Assembly: GCA_963707985.1 (NCBI GenBank)
Contig: CAVPRW010000045.1
Location: 32,001 to 96,000 of the forward strand
Reading direction: 5' to 3'
DNA: 64,000 nucleotides
Origin: an uncultured Nitrospinota bacterium
Lineage (GTDB): Bacteria > Tectomicrobia > Entotheonellia > J063 > CAVPRW01
This document shows positions 45,360-57,102 of the stretch, in pieces. The first letter of the stretch is position 1. Each line of letters starts with the position of its first letter. The notes under the pieces are model-generated. The model was not told where the DNA came from. It was given only the letters and a program-made list of their open reading frames with translations, and made no database searches. Both the position numbers and the translations under genes were made by a program.

Positions 45360-45836
45360 ATGAATAACGGAATCTTCGGGTTAGACCGGCCGGACCAGCT
45401 CCTAAAGAAACTAGAGTATGATTTCCAGCGGCTGCGGCACGACCAAGGGCAGGAAGCCATGCTGTACACGGCCTTCGATTTCTTCGTGACTGCGTATTCC
45501 CTGGTCGAGTGGGAGAAGAAGCGGCACACGCTGATGCAAACGGAGGTGGATGCGCTCTATGCTCCGATGCTGATCAAAATCTCTGGCGACCTCGCGAACG
45601 GAGGCAAACTCTTCCAGTTGACGAAGCCGGCGAAAACACACGTAACCACGCAGGCGGCCGAACCCGTGTTTAGCCCCGCGTTCTCGTCGAGCGGGTTTCA
45701 GGCGCAATGGAGCGCATGGGTCAACCTACCGGCGGACGAAGCGGCCGCCGCCGGCGTCCCTGAGAGGTGTCCGATCGGTGTATTGGCAAGGCAGGTCTTA
45801 GACCACTGGCGCCACCACTTCGAGCACACCCCCTAG
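45360..45836 (+). CDS. Hypothetical protein, possibly HEPN-like
   Basis: Helical LLKKLEYD..R...AFDFFVTAYSL.EW and DLANGGK resemble HEPN-type ANxxKH families. Confidence 0.45.
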   Translation: MNNGIFGLDRPDQLLKKLEYDFQRLRHDQGQEAMLYTAFDFFVTAYSLVEWEKKRHTLMQTEVDALYAPMLIKISGDLANGGKLFQLTKPAKTHVTTQAAEPVFSPAFSSSGFQAQWSAWVNLPADEAAAAGVPERCPIGVLARQVLDHWRHHFEHTP

Positions 45837-46043
45837 TACCTGCATCTCCCCGGCGGGAGATGTCCAACCGTCAATCCCGCACACTCCTCCGCACTCCTGG
45901 GGACGTACTGAGAACGCAGGGGTCAACTCGTGAGCGCCGGGAAAGACAAGGCTCCATCGGCCAGGCCGTCACCATAGCGGTCAGGCGCGGGGCCACGCTG
46001 AAAGACCTCTGGTGCGCCACACCCATGAAAGGAGGACGCGACC

Positions 46044-46628
46044 ATGCAAGCCGTCTGGAACGCCATCGAGACCAAGGCCATGTCCCACGACGAAAACTTA
46101 CTCAACACCTGCCGGCAACTCGAACAAGAATACATCGACTGGCGCCGGCCCATGACGCACGGGGGCAGCTACATCACCCGCTTGTGGCCGGCCGTGGGCG
46201 AACTCGATAACCTGTCGGGCAAGCTTACCGTCGTCCGGTTCATCACGGGTGCCAAGGGCACCATCCGCGTCTATGACGCCCAGGGCCAGCCGTACGGCGT
46301 CGTCAAGGCCATGCCAGGCATGGTCGGGCAACTCTACGCCCTCGCCAACCTGATCGACCGACGACACCGCGCCGCCCTAGTCCGCGAACCACGAAAGGAG
46401 GACGGCAAGGAATGGACTCGCGGCATCCTGACCAAACCGATCCCGGCCGGCGACTTCGGGCGCCCGCTGACCAGCCTCGAATGCCAACGACTCCGTGCAA
46501 TAGGGCATAAGCTCAACACGCAGTGGATCGTTGTCAGGCACGCCGACAACCCAACGCTGGGGATTCTCTACCGGCCTGGCCGGCAGTTTTCCGAATACCT
46601 CCACGCCGGCATCTACATCACGAATTAA
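46044..46628 (+). CDS. Hypothetical protein
   Basis: AAGGAGG RBS, strong GC3 bias, 194 aa. Confidence 0.6.
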   Translation: MQAVWNAIETKAMSHDENLLNTCRQLEQEYIDWRRPMTHGGSYITRLWPAVGELDNLSGKLTVVRFITGAKGTIRVYDAQGQPYGVVKAMPGMVGQLYALANLIDRRHRAALVREPRKEDGKEWTRGILTKPIPAGDFGRPLTSLECQRLRAIGHKLNTQWIVVRHADNPTLGILYRPGRQFSEYLHAGIYITN

Positions 46629-46714
46629 CCGCAACAACGAGTGGAGTGTCCGCGAATCGTCTCCACGGATTTGAACGGTTTAATCTGCAAAATGCATCTC
46701 ATGGCGGGGGCACC

Positions 46715-47010
46715 AGGCGCGACGCGCTGTTGTACGCCTGCTCCGCCAATGCCAGCCACGGGCTTAGGCGCACCAACGACGATAAGCGCAAGGCGGTCAG
46801 TACGCTGTTGAAGGACGAGGAGTGGGTCATCTGGAGTGACCGCGTGATCGCCAAACACTGCGGGGTGCATCACACGTTCGTGGGTCGGCTACGGGCGTCA
46901 CTGGTGCCAAGCACCAGTGAGAAACGCACCTACACCACCAAGCACGGCACCGAGTCGACCATGGACACCTCGCACATCGGCAAGGCGTCCGTCAACGGTG
47001 ATGCGCCAGA
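46715..47010 (+). pseudogene. Phage/plasmid ParB-like C-terminal HTH fragment
   Basis: ANASHGLRRTN.DKRKAV..LL.D.EW..WSDR.IA.HCGV...FV. Confidence 0.6.
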
Positions 47011-47589
47011 GAAACAACACCCCAAAACACCCGAAACACCCACCTCTCCCGAGGAGCGCTGGCGCCAGGCCTCCCCCGAGTTCGTGCACCCCGGCATCCC
47101 GGCCGACGACTTCCGGCTCATCGCCGAGAAGCTCGACGCTATGGCACCCGAGTCCGCGCTCGGACACGAGGTTACTGCGGAGCTGCTCCAGGCTCTGAGG
47201 TGTCAACAATTGTTGACACCTCCCTGTGAGAATTGCCTTGGCCAGCCAGCGCACCGCCGCCGCCACGCTGCCGGCCTCGGCGACGCCGTTACTGCCGCGC
47301 TGGGTGACATTCTCGCCGGCATAGACCTCCACCATCCAGGCGTCGTCGCGGTCGATGGTCCTGGGATCAACCTGATACTCCGCGTCCAGGTGTAGCGCTT
47401 CCCCCCCAGGTAGCTCTTCCGCTCGGGCGTCAGGTTGCAGTGCCCGAGCTAGTTGACGATGACCCAGTTGATTGCTGCCTCGCGCGAGCAAACATGGCCA
47501 ACACCTCCCTTACCTGGGCGGGGAATTCCGCCGACTCGCGAAGGCTCGCTAACGTGACACCGTGCATTGCAACTCCGAACGTGCCGGGC

Positions 47590-49086
47590 TCACGAGAGCG
47601 CCGTCGTGAAGCCGAGTTCGAAATACGGCCACATCACCACCCGCTCACCGACCTTCATCGCGGCCCTGATGCCCCCGTCCTGGGACAGGATGAAGGCGAC
47701 TGACGGCTCCATGTTCTCCACAAAGCGGAACGCCGAGCGGTGGCGCGTCCCGTAGCCGGTAAACGGCACGGCGGTGATCTTGTCCCCCTCCTCGTTCTGT
47801 GCGATGTGGATCGTGCCAGTGCCTGGCGCGCTACCCCTCACCTCCCCACCGAACCCGATGATCCTGAGCTTGTCGGTCGGGACGACGGCGCCGTCAACGG
47901 CGGTTAGCGACGCGATGAACCGCGCGGCGTCACGCGAGGCGTCCTCGATGTCGCGCTGATACCAGGCCAGCGCCTCAAGGTTTTCGAGGTCTTCCTGCTT
48001 TACGGTGCGGCGTTCGTGCAGCCGCTTATCAAGAGCGTTGTGCTCCAGCCTCACCGCCATCGCCGCCAGCAGCGCCTCGCGCGGCCGGGTGCTCGGCAGC
48101 CTGTACTTGATCGAGACGGCTTCATGCAGGCGCGCGTCGTTGTCCGCGACGGCCTCCTCGACGAAGAGCAAGGTACAGCCGTGCTTTAGCTCGGCGGTGT
48201 GCAGCAGGATGGACTGGATGAACCACAGGTGGGAGAAGCTCAGGCCGTCATCCTCTTCCGGGTCCTGATGCACTCCTAAGCCAGCAATTCTCACTTTGAA
48301 CATCCGAATGTGAAAAGCTCCCCACCTGGGGTAATTTTTTAGCCAGTTGGGGAGAGAATCTTCCCACTTGATGGGTGTTGATGGGGTCATTGGGTGAGTT
48401 GTCTCCCACCGATCTGCCAAAATGAGAATTGCTGCTCCTGAGCGCTCGCACGCTTCCCGGATGAGCTCATCCGACGCGTTGAGGAAGAAACGCGCGACGG
48501 GTCCGCGGAACAGGACGCTTTGCGTGGGGCTGACGATCTCACCGCCACGGAGGCGGATGACCGGACGATCGCCGCGGGAGATGCTCAGTTCGCCGGGCCG
48601 GGTGGCCGCCACGACGAGGGCCTCCGGGGACGCTATGCCGCTGATCCGCTCGTGCCGCGCCATCTGCCAGAGAGCCATGCCCACGTCGATCAGGCCGTAG
48701 ATTTGGAGGCGCCGGCCAGCGCCTTCCCCGATTTGCTCCACCGCAATCAGGACTCGCCGAGGGTCTGCGACCGGCGCGAGTCGCCGCAATTCCCCCACGG
48801 TGAACGGCACCGGTGGGCAGAGCGCGTACCGCATGATCGGTTCAAGTGGGACGGGCTCCCGCCGTGGCGGGGACACGGGCGTGCTGCCGGCAATGAACGC
48901 GACACGGAAGATGGTCGGGCGACCCTCCTCGGTCAGCAGGCTCGCGTGGTAGCAGACATCGAGGAGTTCATCCAGGACTGCCTTCTCCGGTAGGTCCACC
49001 CGCGGCCAACCGTCGGCGAGTGGCTCACCGCGCCACCGGCGCCGGAGGATCGCGTGCAAGTCCCGCGGATACCTGTGCTTCGCCAT
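47590..49086 (-). CDS. Non-canonical DisA-like diadenylate cyclase with an N-terminal putative sensor (DACNV-like) domain
   Basis: L..CY.ASL..EEGR N-domain; C-terminal AVDGAVV, IIGFG, YGTRHRSA, ILSQDG DAC motifs. Confidence 0.8.
   Translation of the reverse strand: MAKHRYPRDLHAILRRRWRGEPLADGWPRVDLPEKAVLDELLDVCYHASLLTEEGRPTIFRVAFIAGSTPVSPPRREPVPLEPIMRYALCPPVPFTVGELRRLAPVADPRRVLIAVEQIGEGAGRRLQIYGLIDVGMALWQMARHERISGIASPEALVVAATRPGELSISRGDRPVIRLRGGEIVSPTQSVLFRGPVARFFLNASDELIREACERSGAAILILADRWETTHPMTPSTPIKWEDSLPNWLKNYPRWGAFHIRMFKVRIAGLGVHQDPEEDDGLSFSHLWFIQSILLHTAELKHGCTLLFVEEAVADNDARLHEAVSIKYRLPSTRPREALLAAMAVRLEHNALDKRLHERRTVKQEDLENLEALAWYQRDIEDASRDAARFIASLTAVDGAVVPTDKLRIIGFGGEVRGSAPGTGTIHIAQNEEGDKITAVPFTGYGTRHRSAFRFVENMEPSVAFILSQDGGIRAAMKVGERVVMWPYFELGFTTALS
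48282..48434. mobile_element. 153-bp MITE inserted in frame in the DAC gene
   Basis: 17-bp TIRs cagcaattctcactttg / caaaatgagaattgctg (16/17 match); 9-bp TSD ctcctaagc (48273) / ctcctgagc (48435). Confidence 0.85.
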
Positions 49087-49627
49087 CCATTCCTCCGGGT
49101 TTTATACTTCAAACTTTTCGGGATCATGGTCCGTGGCAGGTGACGGCCTGAGGTGGTATATCCGCGAACCTTCTATACGGAGCAGAATAACACGTTCAAA
49201 TCCGTATAGACGATCCGTGGATACTTCAATCAGGTCCACGCCAGGCAGGGTAGACCTGATGAAACTCATCAGTCTGAGCATGTGCACAGAGGCCCCGCGC
49301 GACCGAGATGCTCGCCAACCAGGCCGAAGATCAGGCGCCAGGGACTACCGACCTTTGACTAGGCCTGCGTATCGACAATCACGATGCCCGTGCTCAGCAC
49401 CGAGTCGGTCATCAACTTCGATATCTCCTCGTCGGGGTCCAAGCCTAATTTCTCGCACACCTGGCGCGCATCGACCACTGATTGCCCCGTCGACAGGTCC
49501 GTGACGATTGGCACTGGGTTGGGGGCACAGAGGTCCTGCCAGACATCCAAGGTGTTTTGGTGGAGCTCCTGCCGGAGTTAATTCGGTTGCATCCATCCCT
49601 CCAAGCGTCTCGTGGCGGGCCTTGGTG

Positions 49628-50755
49628 CTATTCACGTGCTCTCTCCGCCCACTCTTTTTCCGCGTTCACCAGTTCACGATAGCACCGGCCATGGTCTCCC
49701 CACGGCTGACATTCGGTCGGATAGGCGTAGCCGCGCTCGACCATACTCCGGGCCACCTTTTTTCGCATCTCTGCGGGGAGGCGACGTTCAATCACCACAT
49801 CTAAGAGCATGGCATGCCGGAGGTCTGATCGATAACCCCAATACTCAAACCACCCCCGGCTTCCAGGTATGCATGAACTGGGGATTTCCTCGTCCCCGTC
49901 CCAGCCCCTGAGCCGTACCATCCCGATCGCGGATTCCAGTTGCTCCCACCACATCGTAATGTGCCTGGCTAAATCCGCGACAGAGAGCGGAATCCACACG
50001 GCTGCGGTGCCCCACCAAAACGCTGCAATTTCCCAGGCCGGAATCGCTCCTGCCTGTGCCCATCCCTGGACAAAGGTCGTGGACGCCTCGATCAAGACCG
50101 GGAGCACCGGCGCAGCCGGTGCGCGGAGCAATGCATGATAGGGAGCCGGATGATCAGACGGCCGTATCCCGGCCATGAGTCCGAACAAGGTGTCGACCGT
50201 CACGGCGGGAATCTCCGTCTCAAAGTTCCCTGCCTGTGGCCATGTCTCACCGTACATGCCGCGAATCCGCAGGAGTTGACGCGCATGGCCTTCACTGAGC
50301 GCTTTACGGTGCAGGTAGCATTGCAGCCCAGCGGGACAGGTCAACAGCCGCAATTTTTGAGCGATAATAGCTGCGGTCTTTGCCGATGCGCTGCGCGAGC
50401 GCGTCCTGAGTCAATCCTTGCGCGAGATACCCTTGATACGCCTGCGCTTCCTCAATCGGTGACAGGTCGTCGCGCTGAATATTCTCAATCGGCGAGAGCC
50501 AATGGGCCTCTTCCGGGCTCAGCTCTCGCACCTCGGCCGCGATGGTCTCCCAGCCGAGGATGCGTGCCGCTCGCCACCGCCGCTCACCATGGACGAGGAT
50601 ATAACGCCCGTCAGCCGTGGGTCTAGCAGGATCGGCATGGCCAGCCCATGCGCTGCCATGGACTGCGCGAGCTCTTGTAGGCTCACCTCGTCAAAGTGCT
50701 TCCTGGGTTGTTCAGGGTCAGGATCGATGAGACTGAGAAGTGGGTCACGTGACAC
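49628..50755 (-). pseudogene. ParB/Spo0J-family protein, frameshifted
   Basis: P.QPRKHFD..SL.ELA.S....G...PI, GERR, ENIQRDDLSPIEEA.AY, TQ..LA..IGK.RS. Confidence 0.8.
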
Positions 50756-50778
50756 AATTACCTCCTATTAGACACTTT

Positions 50779-52369
50779 CACTCGATCCTCAAGTTTTTTT
50801 TATTTGACCCCGACCCCATTTCTTCGCAAGATCCAGCGGAGTACAGGTGTTGAACCCCAACGAGGCGCTGAAAACGACGGGACAGGCCCATGTTGATCAA
50901 GACCCCCCTTCCCGTTGTCCAAGAGTTCGTGGCCGAGCTGCACGCGGCCCTGGAAAAATATCAGCCAGGCGCGGGACTTTCAAGGCTGCAACGATACTGG
51001 TTGTCTGTTTGTCTGATGGGTATTCTTGTCTCCAATTCAGTCTGTTGGGCCAGGTTTGAACGGGCGAGTCTGGGCCACTACTCGCTGGCCGCGTTATCCT
51101 GGATGTTTCGGACACGCGAAGATTCCATGGGAGTGCCGACTGCCGATGAGCGTGCGACCGTCATGCTTCGGCAGATACGGCATCACGCACGGCTCTGTGG
51201 CGGTGGATGACTCGGACAAGAAACGCGGCAAAGTGACCACACGCATCTTCAACGCCCATAAGCTCAAAGAGAAGACCAGCGGCGGGTATATCAATGGGCA
51301 GAGTATCGTCCTGTTACTGTTGGTCACCCCGCTCGTCACCCTGCCCGTCGGCTTCGCCTTTGACATGCCAGACCCCGCGCTGACGGCGTGGAAGAAAGCG
51401 GACGACACGTTGAAAAAGCAGGGGGTGTCCCCCAAAAACCGGCCACCCTAAACCCACCCGCAACTCCGCCTATCCGACCAAACCAGAGCTGGCGCTCACC
51501 CTGCTGGCAGCGTTCCGACGGCGAGCACCCTACCGTGGGGGTCACGATGGTGCTGGCCGATGCGTTGTATGCGACGAGCACGTTCATGGAGCAGGCCGCG
51601 AAGCTCTTCGGTACCCAAGTGATCAGCCCACTGCACAAGAATCAAAATGTTCGGTTTCGGAACAAGCTCATCAGCCTCGAGAGGTATGTTACCCGCTACC
51701 CGGGCGTGCCTCAGACCATCAGCATCCGTGGAGACGAAGCCGTCAGCGTGATGGTCAGGAGTGCGAGACTCTATGTCGACGCCCACCACACGAAGCGGTT
51801 GGTCATCGCCCTCAAGTATGAGCAGGAGACCGACTATCGCGATCTAGTCGCCGCGGATCTGTCCTGGCGGACCTTGGATATTGTCCAAGCATACACCCTG
51901 AGGTGGCTTGTAGAGGTCTTCCTGGAGGACTGGAAGGGGCATGAGGGCTGGGGGCAGTTGACCAAACCGCCAGACGAAGAGGGATCAAGCCGCGGCCTGA
52001 TCCTGAGTCTGCGGCTCGATCACGGCCTCCTCCTGCATCCGCACCAAAGGGCCGGCCTGGAACACAAACTCCCTGCGTACACCGTGGGCAGCCGACAACA
52101 ACGCACCCAAGTGGAATGTCTGCTGGCCTTTATCCGGGATCTGATCCGGACAGACAACCCGCAGGAGCAGCTCAACCGCCTGAGCCAGGTTGGGGAAGAG
52201 GTCTTTCAACTCGCCCCTTCGAAGAAACACATGAACACCAGAGATCTGGGGCGGTTAGAGCCAACCCCCGCCTTGAAATATCGGGCGGAGATGGCTTCTA
52301 TCAGTGCATAAAGGACCGCCGCATGCCTCGCTGGCTTTTTCGGCCACCCTAAACCTTGAACATCGAGTG
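50779..52369 (+). mobile_element. IS701/IS4-like element, degenerate
   Basis: IRs cactcgatcctcaagttt / aaaccttgaacatcgagtg; VDDSD, ADALY, Y.LRWLVEVF.EDWK. Confidence 0.8.
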
Positions 52370-52565
52370 TCATGGACCATTAGCGGCTAGACCGCATGGA
52401 TGGCCGCTTCAGATAAGGAACGGAAAAGTCAGAATCGTCTATTGGCCTTTTAACACCAGATGTTACTATATATTTGGCCCATCTCAAGCTGAATTTTAAT
52501 ACTTCCCAAAACCAGAAATTTCACATTGCGTCACCTCCGTTCTTGAATAATGACCTACCAACTAT

Positions 52566-52980
52566 CTAGCTCCGGCGTCTTCGTTCTGCCAAAAGCTCGG
52601 CTCAATGCCCAGCTCGTACATGCTCTGAATTAGGCAGCAAATATTATGGCAGAGAATCTTGCAGGGGACCTCGTTCGTCATCGCGGTATCGGTCTTGCCG
52701 CGCACATGATCGCGGAACTTCGCCTTGATCATGGAGAGCGTCGATTCGACGTTGAACCACTTGCGCGATAGTGTCCCAGGAACGCTTGGCGGTTGAAGGC
52801 GATGTAGTGAAACATCTTCTCCCAGAGTCCACCTGCTGCCCCGCTATGGATACTCTTAAACGCAATGTACGGGGTCGCTCCGTGCTCAGCAATGACGTTC
52901 GTATTGTTCACGCTGGCATACCCCTTATGCGCTGACACTTCCCGAATATCGAAGTGGGCTGCTGTGGTATGCACGAGGTC
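52566..52980 (-). mobile_element. DDE transposase C-terminal fragment
   Basis: SA.KGY, HY..R.NVES..SMIK.KF, NE..CKILCHN. Confidence 0.65.
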
Positions 52981-52989
52981 AGAGAGCAG

Positions 52990-53303
52990 CTTGGGTCAAG
53001 GTGTTTGCAGAGGTGGCGAGGGGGGGCAAGACGGCACGCCCGGCCATCACCGCGGCCCTCGAGTATGTGCGCACCAGGGATACCCTGGACGTCTGGCGCC
53101 TGGATCGGTTCAGCCGGTCGTTAGGGCAGCTCATGGCGTTGATGCAGACCTTACAGAGCCGGCAGATTCGGTTCCACAGTTTGGCCAAAGCGATCGATCC
53201 CGACACGCTGGCGGTGGCATTACAGCTCTATCACGCCCAGACCAGCTCGGTGCAGAGCATCTGTACCCGCCTCGGTATTGCTCGTCGGACGTTCTATCGC
53301 TAA
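52990..53303 (+). pseudogene. Tn3-type resolvase, internally deleted
   Basis: RP....AL.Y.R..D.L.VWRLDR..RS joined to a C-terminal HTH (IC..LGI.R.T.YR). Confidence 0.75.
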
Positions 53304-53489
53304 TAGCTACATGTGCAGTGAATGGGGCTTAGGAGTCATTGAGAAGGAAGCTGTTCCAGCTACTTTGCCGCTGGTGACAGCTTCGCTCATTCCGGGCCAA
53401 CGAGGCAGATGTAGCCGTCAGGGGGTGCAGCTGCTCCTCAAAGATGGGGCTCCACCTCTCAATGAACACGTCCGACCGCAAGTGGCTCA

Positions 53490-53735
53490 ATTTCCGGCGA
53501 ATCGTTGCCATACCTCTTTCCCAGTGCCGACCATTTGGCGTCGTGGGCTGGCGTTGCCCCTGGTAATCATGAAAGCACTGGCAAGCGGGCATCGGGCAAG
53601 ACCCGCAAGGACAATCGCACCCTGCGCACGGGCCTGACCCAAATCGCCCACGCCGCCGCCCGGACCAAGGGAACCTAGCTGTCCGCCTTGTACCAACGCT
53701 TGGCTACCCGTCGAGGGAAGAAACGGGCCATCATG
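53490..53735 (+). mobile_element. IS110-family transposase fragment
   Basis: HLASWAGVAPGNHES.GKR.SGKTRK.N..LR..L...AHAA.RTK. Confidence 0.75.
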
Positions 53736-53903
53736 TGTTCTTCTTTGCCGAGAAAAGTTTCTTCTCGGCAATGTCCTCAGGCACCCAGAGTTCTTACTTG
53801 AGGCTCCTTATCCGCCAAATAATCTGGAAAAAGCACCGCTGCTAATTTGGAAAGTTACAACCGGGACACGACCCTCGCGGTCGCTCTTCCGTATGGGCTG
53901 TCG

Positions 53904-54377
53904 CTACTTCGCCAATTCCGTTTCCACGATGCCGAAGATGGTTGAGTCGAGGAAGAGCTGACCGGTGCGCAGCAACCAACGCTCCAGGTCCCGCTGCGGA
54001 TCGCTGTAGTATAGATCCTTGCCGGCTCGTAACACGTGGACCCTTCCCCGCTGAATACGGACAACGCTGGACTCGGTCGCGTTCGCTCTGCGTACGATGA
54101 AGCCGCGATATCCAAGATTCGTCGCAAACTCTGCAGGAGACGCAGCTGGCAAAAGAGCAAGCTTCTCCAGAAAGTGGGCGCTGTCTGCATCGGAGAGCGT
54201 CCATGCCGGGTTGGGATTCCCCGAGAAAATATCCAGTTCTACTTCAATCCTTGGTGCGATGGCTTCGTCTCCCTGGGATGTTGTGGATGTCTGCGGTGTT
54301 GGTGAAGACAACAGCAATGAAGGGCCGCATGACCATGCGATCAGCGCAAAGATCGGGATCAGCCAGGGCGATCGCAT
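53904..54377 (-). CDS. Putative lipoprotein (DIFSG.PNP / LGYRGF domain)
   Basis: Lipobox IAWSC; S/T/P linker; VELDIFSGNPNPAW...LGYRGFIVR. Confidence 0.7.
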   Translation of the reverse strand: MRSPWLIPIFALIAWSCGPSLLLSSPTPQTSTTSQGDEAIAPRIEVELDIFSGNPNPAWTLSDADSAHFLEKLALLPAASPAEFATNLGYRGFIVRRANATESSVVRIQRGRVHVLRAGKDLYYSDPQRDLERWLLRTGQLFLDSTIFGIVETELAK

Positions 54378-54559
54378 CTTAAATTTTCAGTAATAACAAT
54401 AAGGTACTGCATTGATCTACGACCCAAGTGCTGGTTATGAGATCCCCCTCAGGCCACCGATCGACGTAGATTCCGGGGGATCATGATGCGATCCCCCCAG
54501 GGTGATCGGCTAAGATCGGGCTGTCCCCCGTACTCTGGGTGGCATCAAGCAAAAAAGGG

Positions 54560-55490
54560 TTAGGCCACAAATGCGGTGCTGTTGTTTTGATAGAAGTAGC
54601 CACAGAAGTCCGTGTAGTTGCCACGGCAGATGTTGTTCGGGGCATAGCCTTGCCCGTTCTGCTGATAGATGGCGTGTCCGCAATCGTCCGTGTACTGGGC
54701 CGGTGTGCCCCCCGGCTTGTGACCCCACCACCAGTTTGGCCCACCCGTCACCAGCCTGTAGAAGTGGTAGTCCACGTTGGGCCAAATGACCATGACTATG
54801 GTCAGTCCATTCGGCTGGCACCCATCCTTCCAGCCGTCGGCATACAGGCCTGCGGTGCATCCACCGCACGTAATGGACGTCGCCGGATGGCCGCCGCGCT
54901 GGCCCGGACGAGCATATCGGATGTCTCTCGGTGATTGCTCGCAAAGCAGTAGCAGTTGTTGCGGCTCACGTGGGCAGGGTCGGTGAAGAAGGCTGCATTG
55001 GCAGAAAAGTAGGTGGAACCGCACGCCCACCAAGTCGCTCCCAGGGCGCTGACCTCACCGGCGGCTGGTCCTCCGCCGGGAGAATGGGGGTCGTCGCCGG
55101 TGATGGTTGGGAAGTCGCCCTCTTCGATGGTGGGGATCGTAAACGAGCCGGGATCAGCTACAGCCGAAGATTCTACGAGGGCCACGCCGCCGGCAACGAC
55201 TTCACGGAGTTCGTCTGTGACATGGCTCTACTTGTGTGGCCTCTCAGAAGTCTGGAGAAGTTACTCAGCGGCGGATGCCCTTGACGTTGTTTTGTGCCCA
55301 ACACGGAACTCGTCCAGGAGGGGGCTCCCAAGGGACACGGCCTTGCTCCAGACCCCTTCGTCCGTCTTGATCGGGCGGACGATGAAGCCTCGATAGCCAA
55401 GGCTAAACTGCTCGTCCGTAGCATATGCTGGGGACACCTGGGAAGGTTCCGCCGTCAGCCTGTCATACAGTTCCCTTTCTTCCCGCTCAG
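54560..55490 (-). pseudogene. Papain-like Cys/His enzyme with an N-terminal LGYRGF domain; truncated by IS66, with stops and a frameshift
   Basis: LGYRGFIVR, then NNCYCFA..ARPG, DYHFYR and WWGHKPG motifs. Confidence 0.6.
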
Positions 55491-57087
55491 GTAACTACTC
55501 AGCCTAGCCCATCATCGTTGGGATGAACGCGAACGTGACTGAAGGTTTGGAGAAGGAATGAAGGGGGTGCGGCCAACAGCGTCCCGGATGGCGGCAAAGA
55601 CGTGCTTGGAATGCTGACGCGCAGTGGAGATGTCACCGCGGATGCGACCGAAGCGCGCGGCACCCTCAAGCGTTCGGAAGCAGCCCGATACCGTCTGTGT
55701 GACTTTCACCATGCGCACATCCCGTGCCGCTTGGTTGTTGTCAAACGGCCCGCGCAAGTCGTCCATGAACGCGACGACCTGCGCTTTGAAGTCGCGAAGC
55801 CGGAGCCGCAGGTGACGCGGCGGCGTTTGTTGGCGGCGGCCTCTTGTGCGGCCCTCCGCCGCGGTGCCGGGCCGCGCTGGCAGGGGGGTGGCGTCAACTC
55901 CCTCTGGGACCCTCTCAGCGTCGCGCCGTGCAACGGCGGCCAGCCACTCCGGCGGCCAGCTGGTGGCCTGCGGGAGCGTGTCCGCCAGCGCGGCTTTGAT
56001 CTCACACAGCAGTTCCGACATGTCGTTGGCCCAGGGTGGCTGATACGGGGGGTCGAGGCATTGACGCGCGCGCAGGTGGTGGGCCTTACAGAGCCCCGGA
56101 CGACAAGCTGCATAGTTGAAGTACGATGGCCAATGGTCAGGCACGGCTGTCCCGGTGCATGCGCCCAGCATCCCTGCCTCATCCATCGCCTCGTGGCCGC
56201 GCTTGGCCTGCCCTGTCGACTGCGTCAGCCGATCGGTGCAGGCCACATGCCGCCCATGGCGTTGCCCTGGCACCCGAAGCCCTGACTCATCCACCGGCAC
56301 TACCTCACCGTCACGCAACCGCTCTTTCACCGCCACTCGTGAGCGCTCAAGGCACCCGGATACGTCCTCGGCCGCCTTCAACACCGTCGCTTCACTGATC
56401 GGCTGATGCACCAAGTCTGCAAAAATCTGCGTGGTACGCTCCACCGGTAGGTGATGTGGGTTGGTGCAGGACACCGCCCAGGTCTGGACTTCTCGGCCGT
56501 AGTGCACGGCCTGCGTCACACCAGTGGGAAAGACCCCTGTGGGCGTCCTGCCACCGTGTGGACAGATCTTGAGGTCGGCGCGATGGGCCGTGACGACCAG
56601 CTGCAGCGCCGGAATATCGCACACCTGACGCGCTTCATCCCCCATCGCCACGGTAGCCGACCAGGTCGCCGGACAAGGCGCACAGGTGTCCGCTGTCTGC
56701 GTCTCGGTGCGATCAGGATGCTCCGAGGCGGTCAGGGTATGGCCTGCATGGCCCGGCTGCCCGCCGTTGGGCTTGGCGCCGGACTGCCATACGCTTTGGG
56801 TCCGTTTCGGCTGCGTCTAGCCGTCACTTGAGGGTGGTTGACTGCGGGTGCGGCTGTCCTGGGCCACCCGAGCTTGTACCGCCTGCAGCGCTGCACCTGG
56901 TTGGGCCCATGGCCGGGCAAGCTCTTCCACCTGGCCAGCGACCTCATGGCACACGTGCCGCACCGCCGCCTCGCCCTTTTCCAAGGCAAGATGGATGGCT
57001 TCATCTGTAGGCATGCGAAAGTTCATGAGACAAAGCTTAAACCGACCTGCCCCTGTTTCGCAACTATTTGGGAAGCTGAGTAGGTAC
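55491..57087 (-). mobile_element. IS66-family element, degenerate
   Basis: IRs gtaactactcagc / gctgagtaggtac; S.PPSSD, DESG.RV, C.AH..R, FDNNQA.RD.RM.KV. Confidence 0.88.
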
Positions 57088-57102
57088 AACGTTTCATAAT
57101 AA

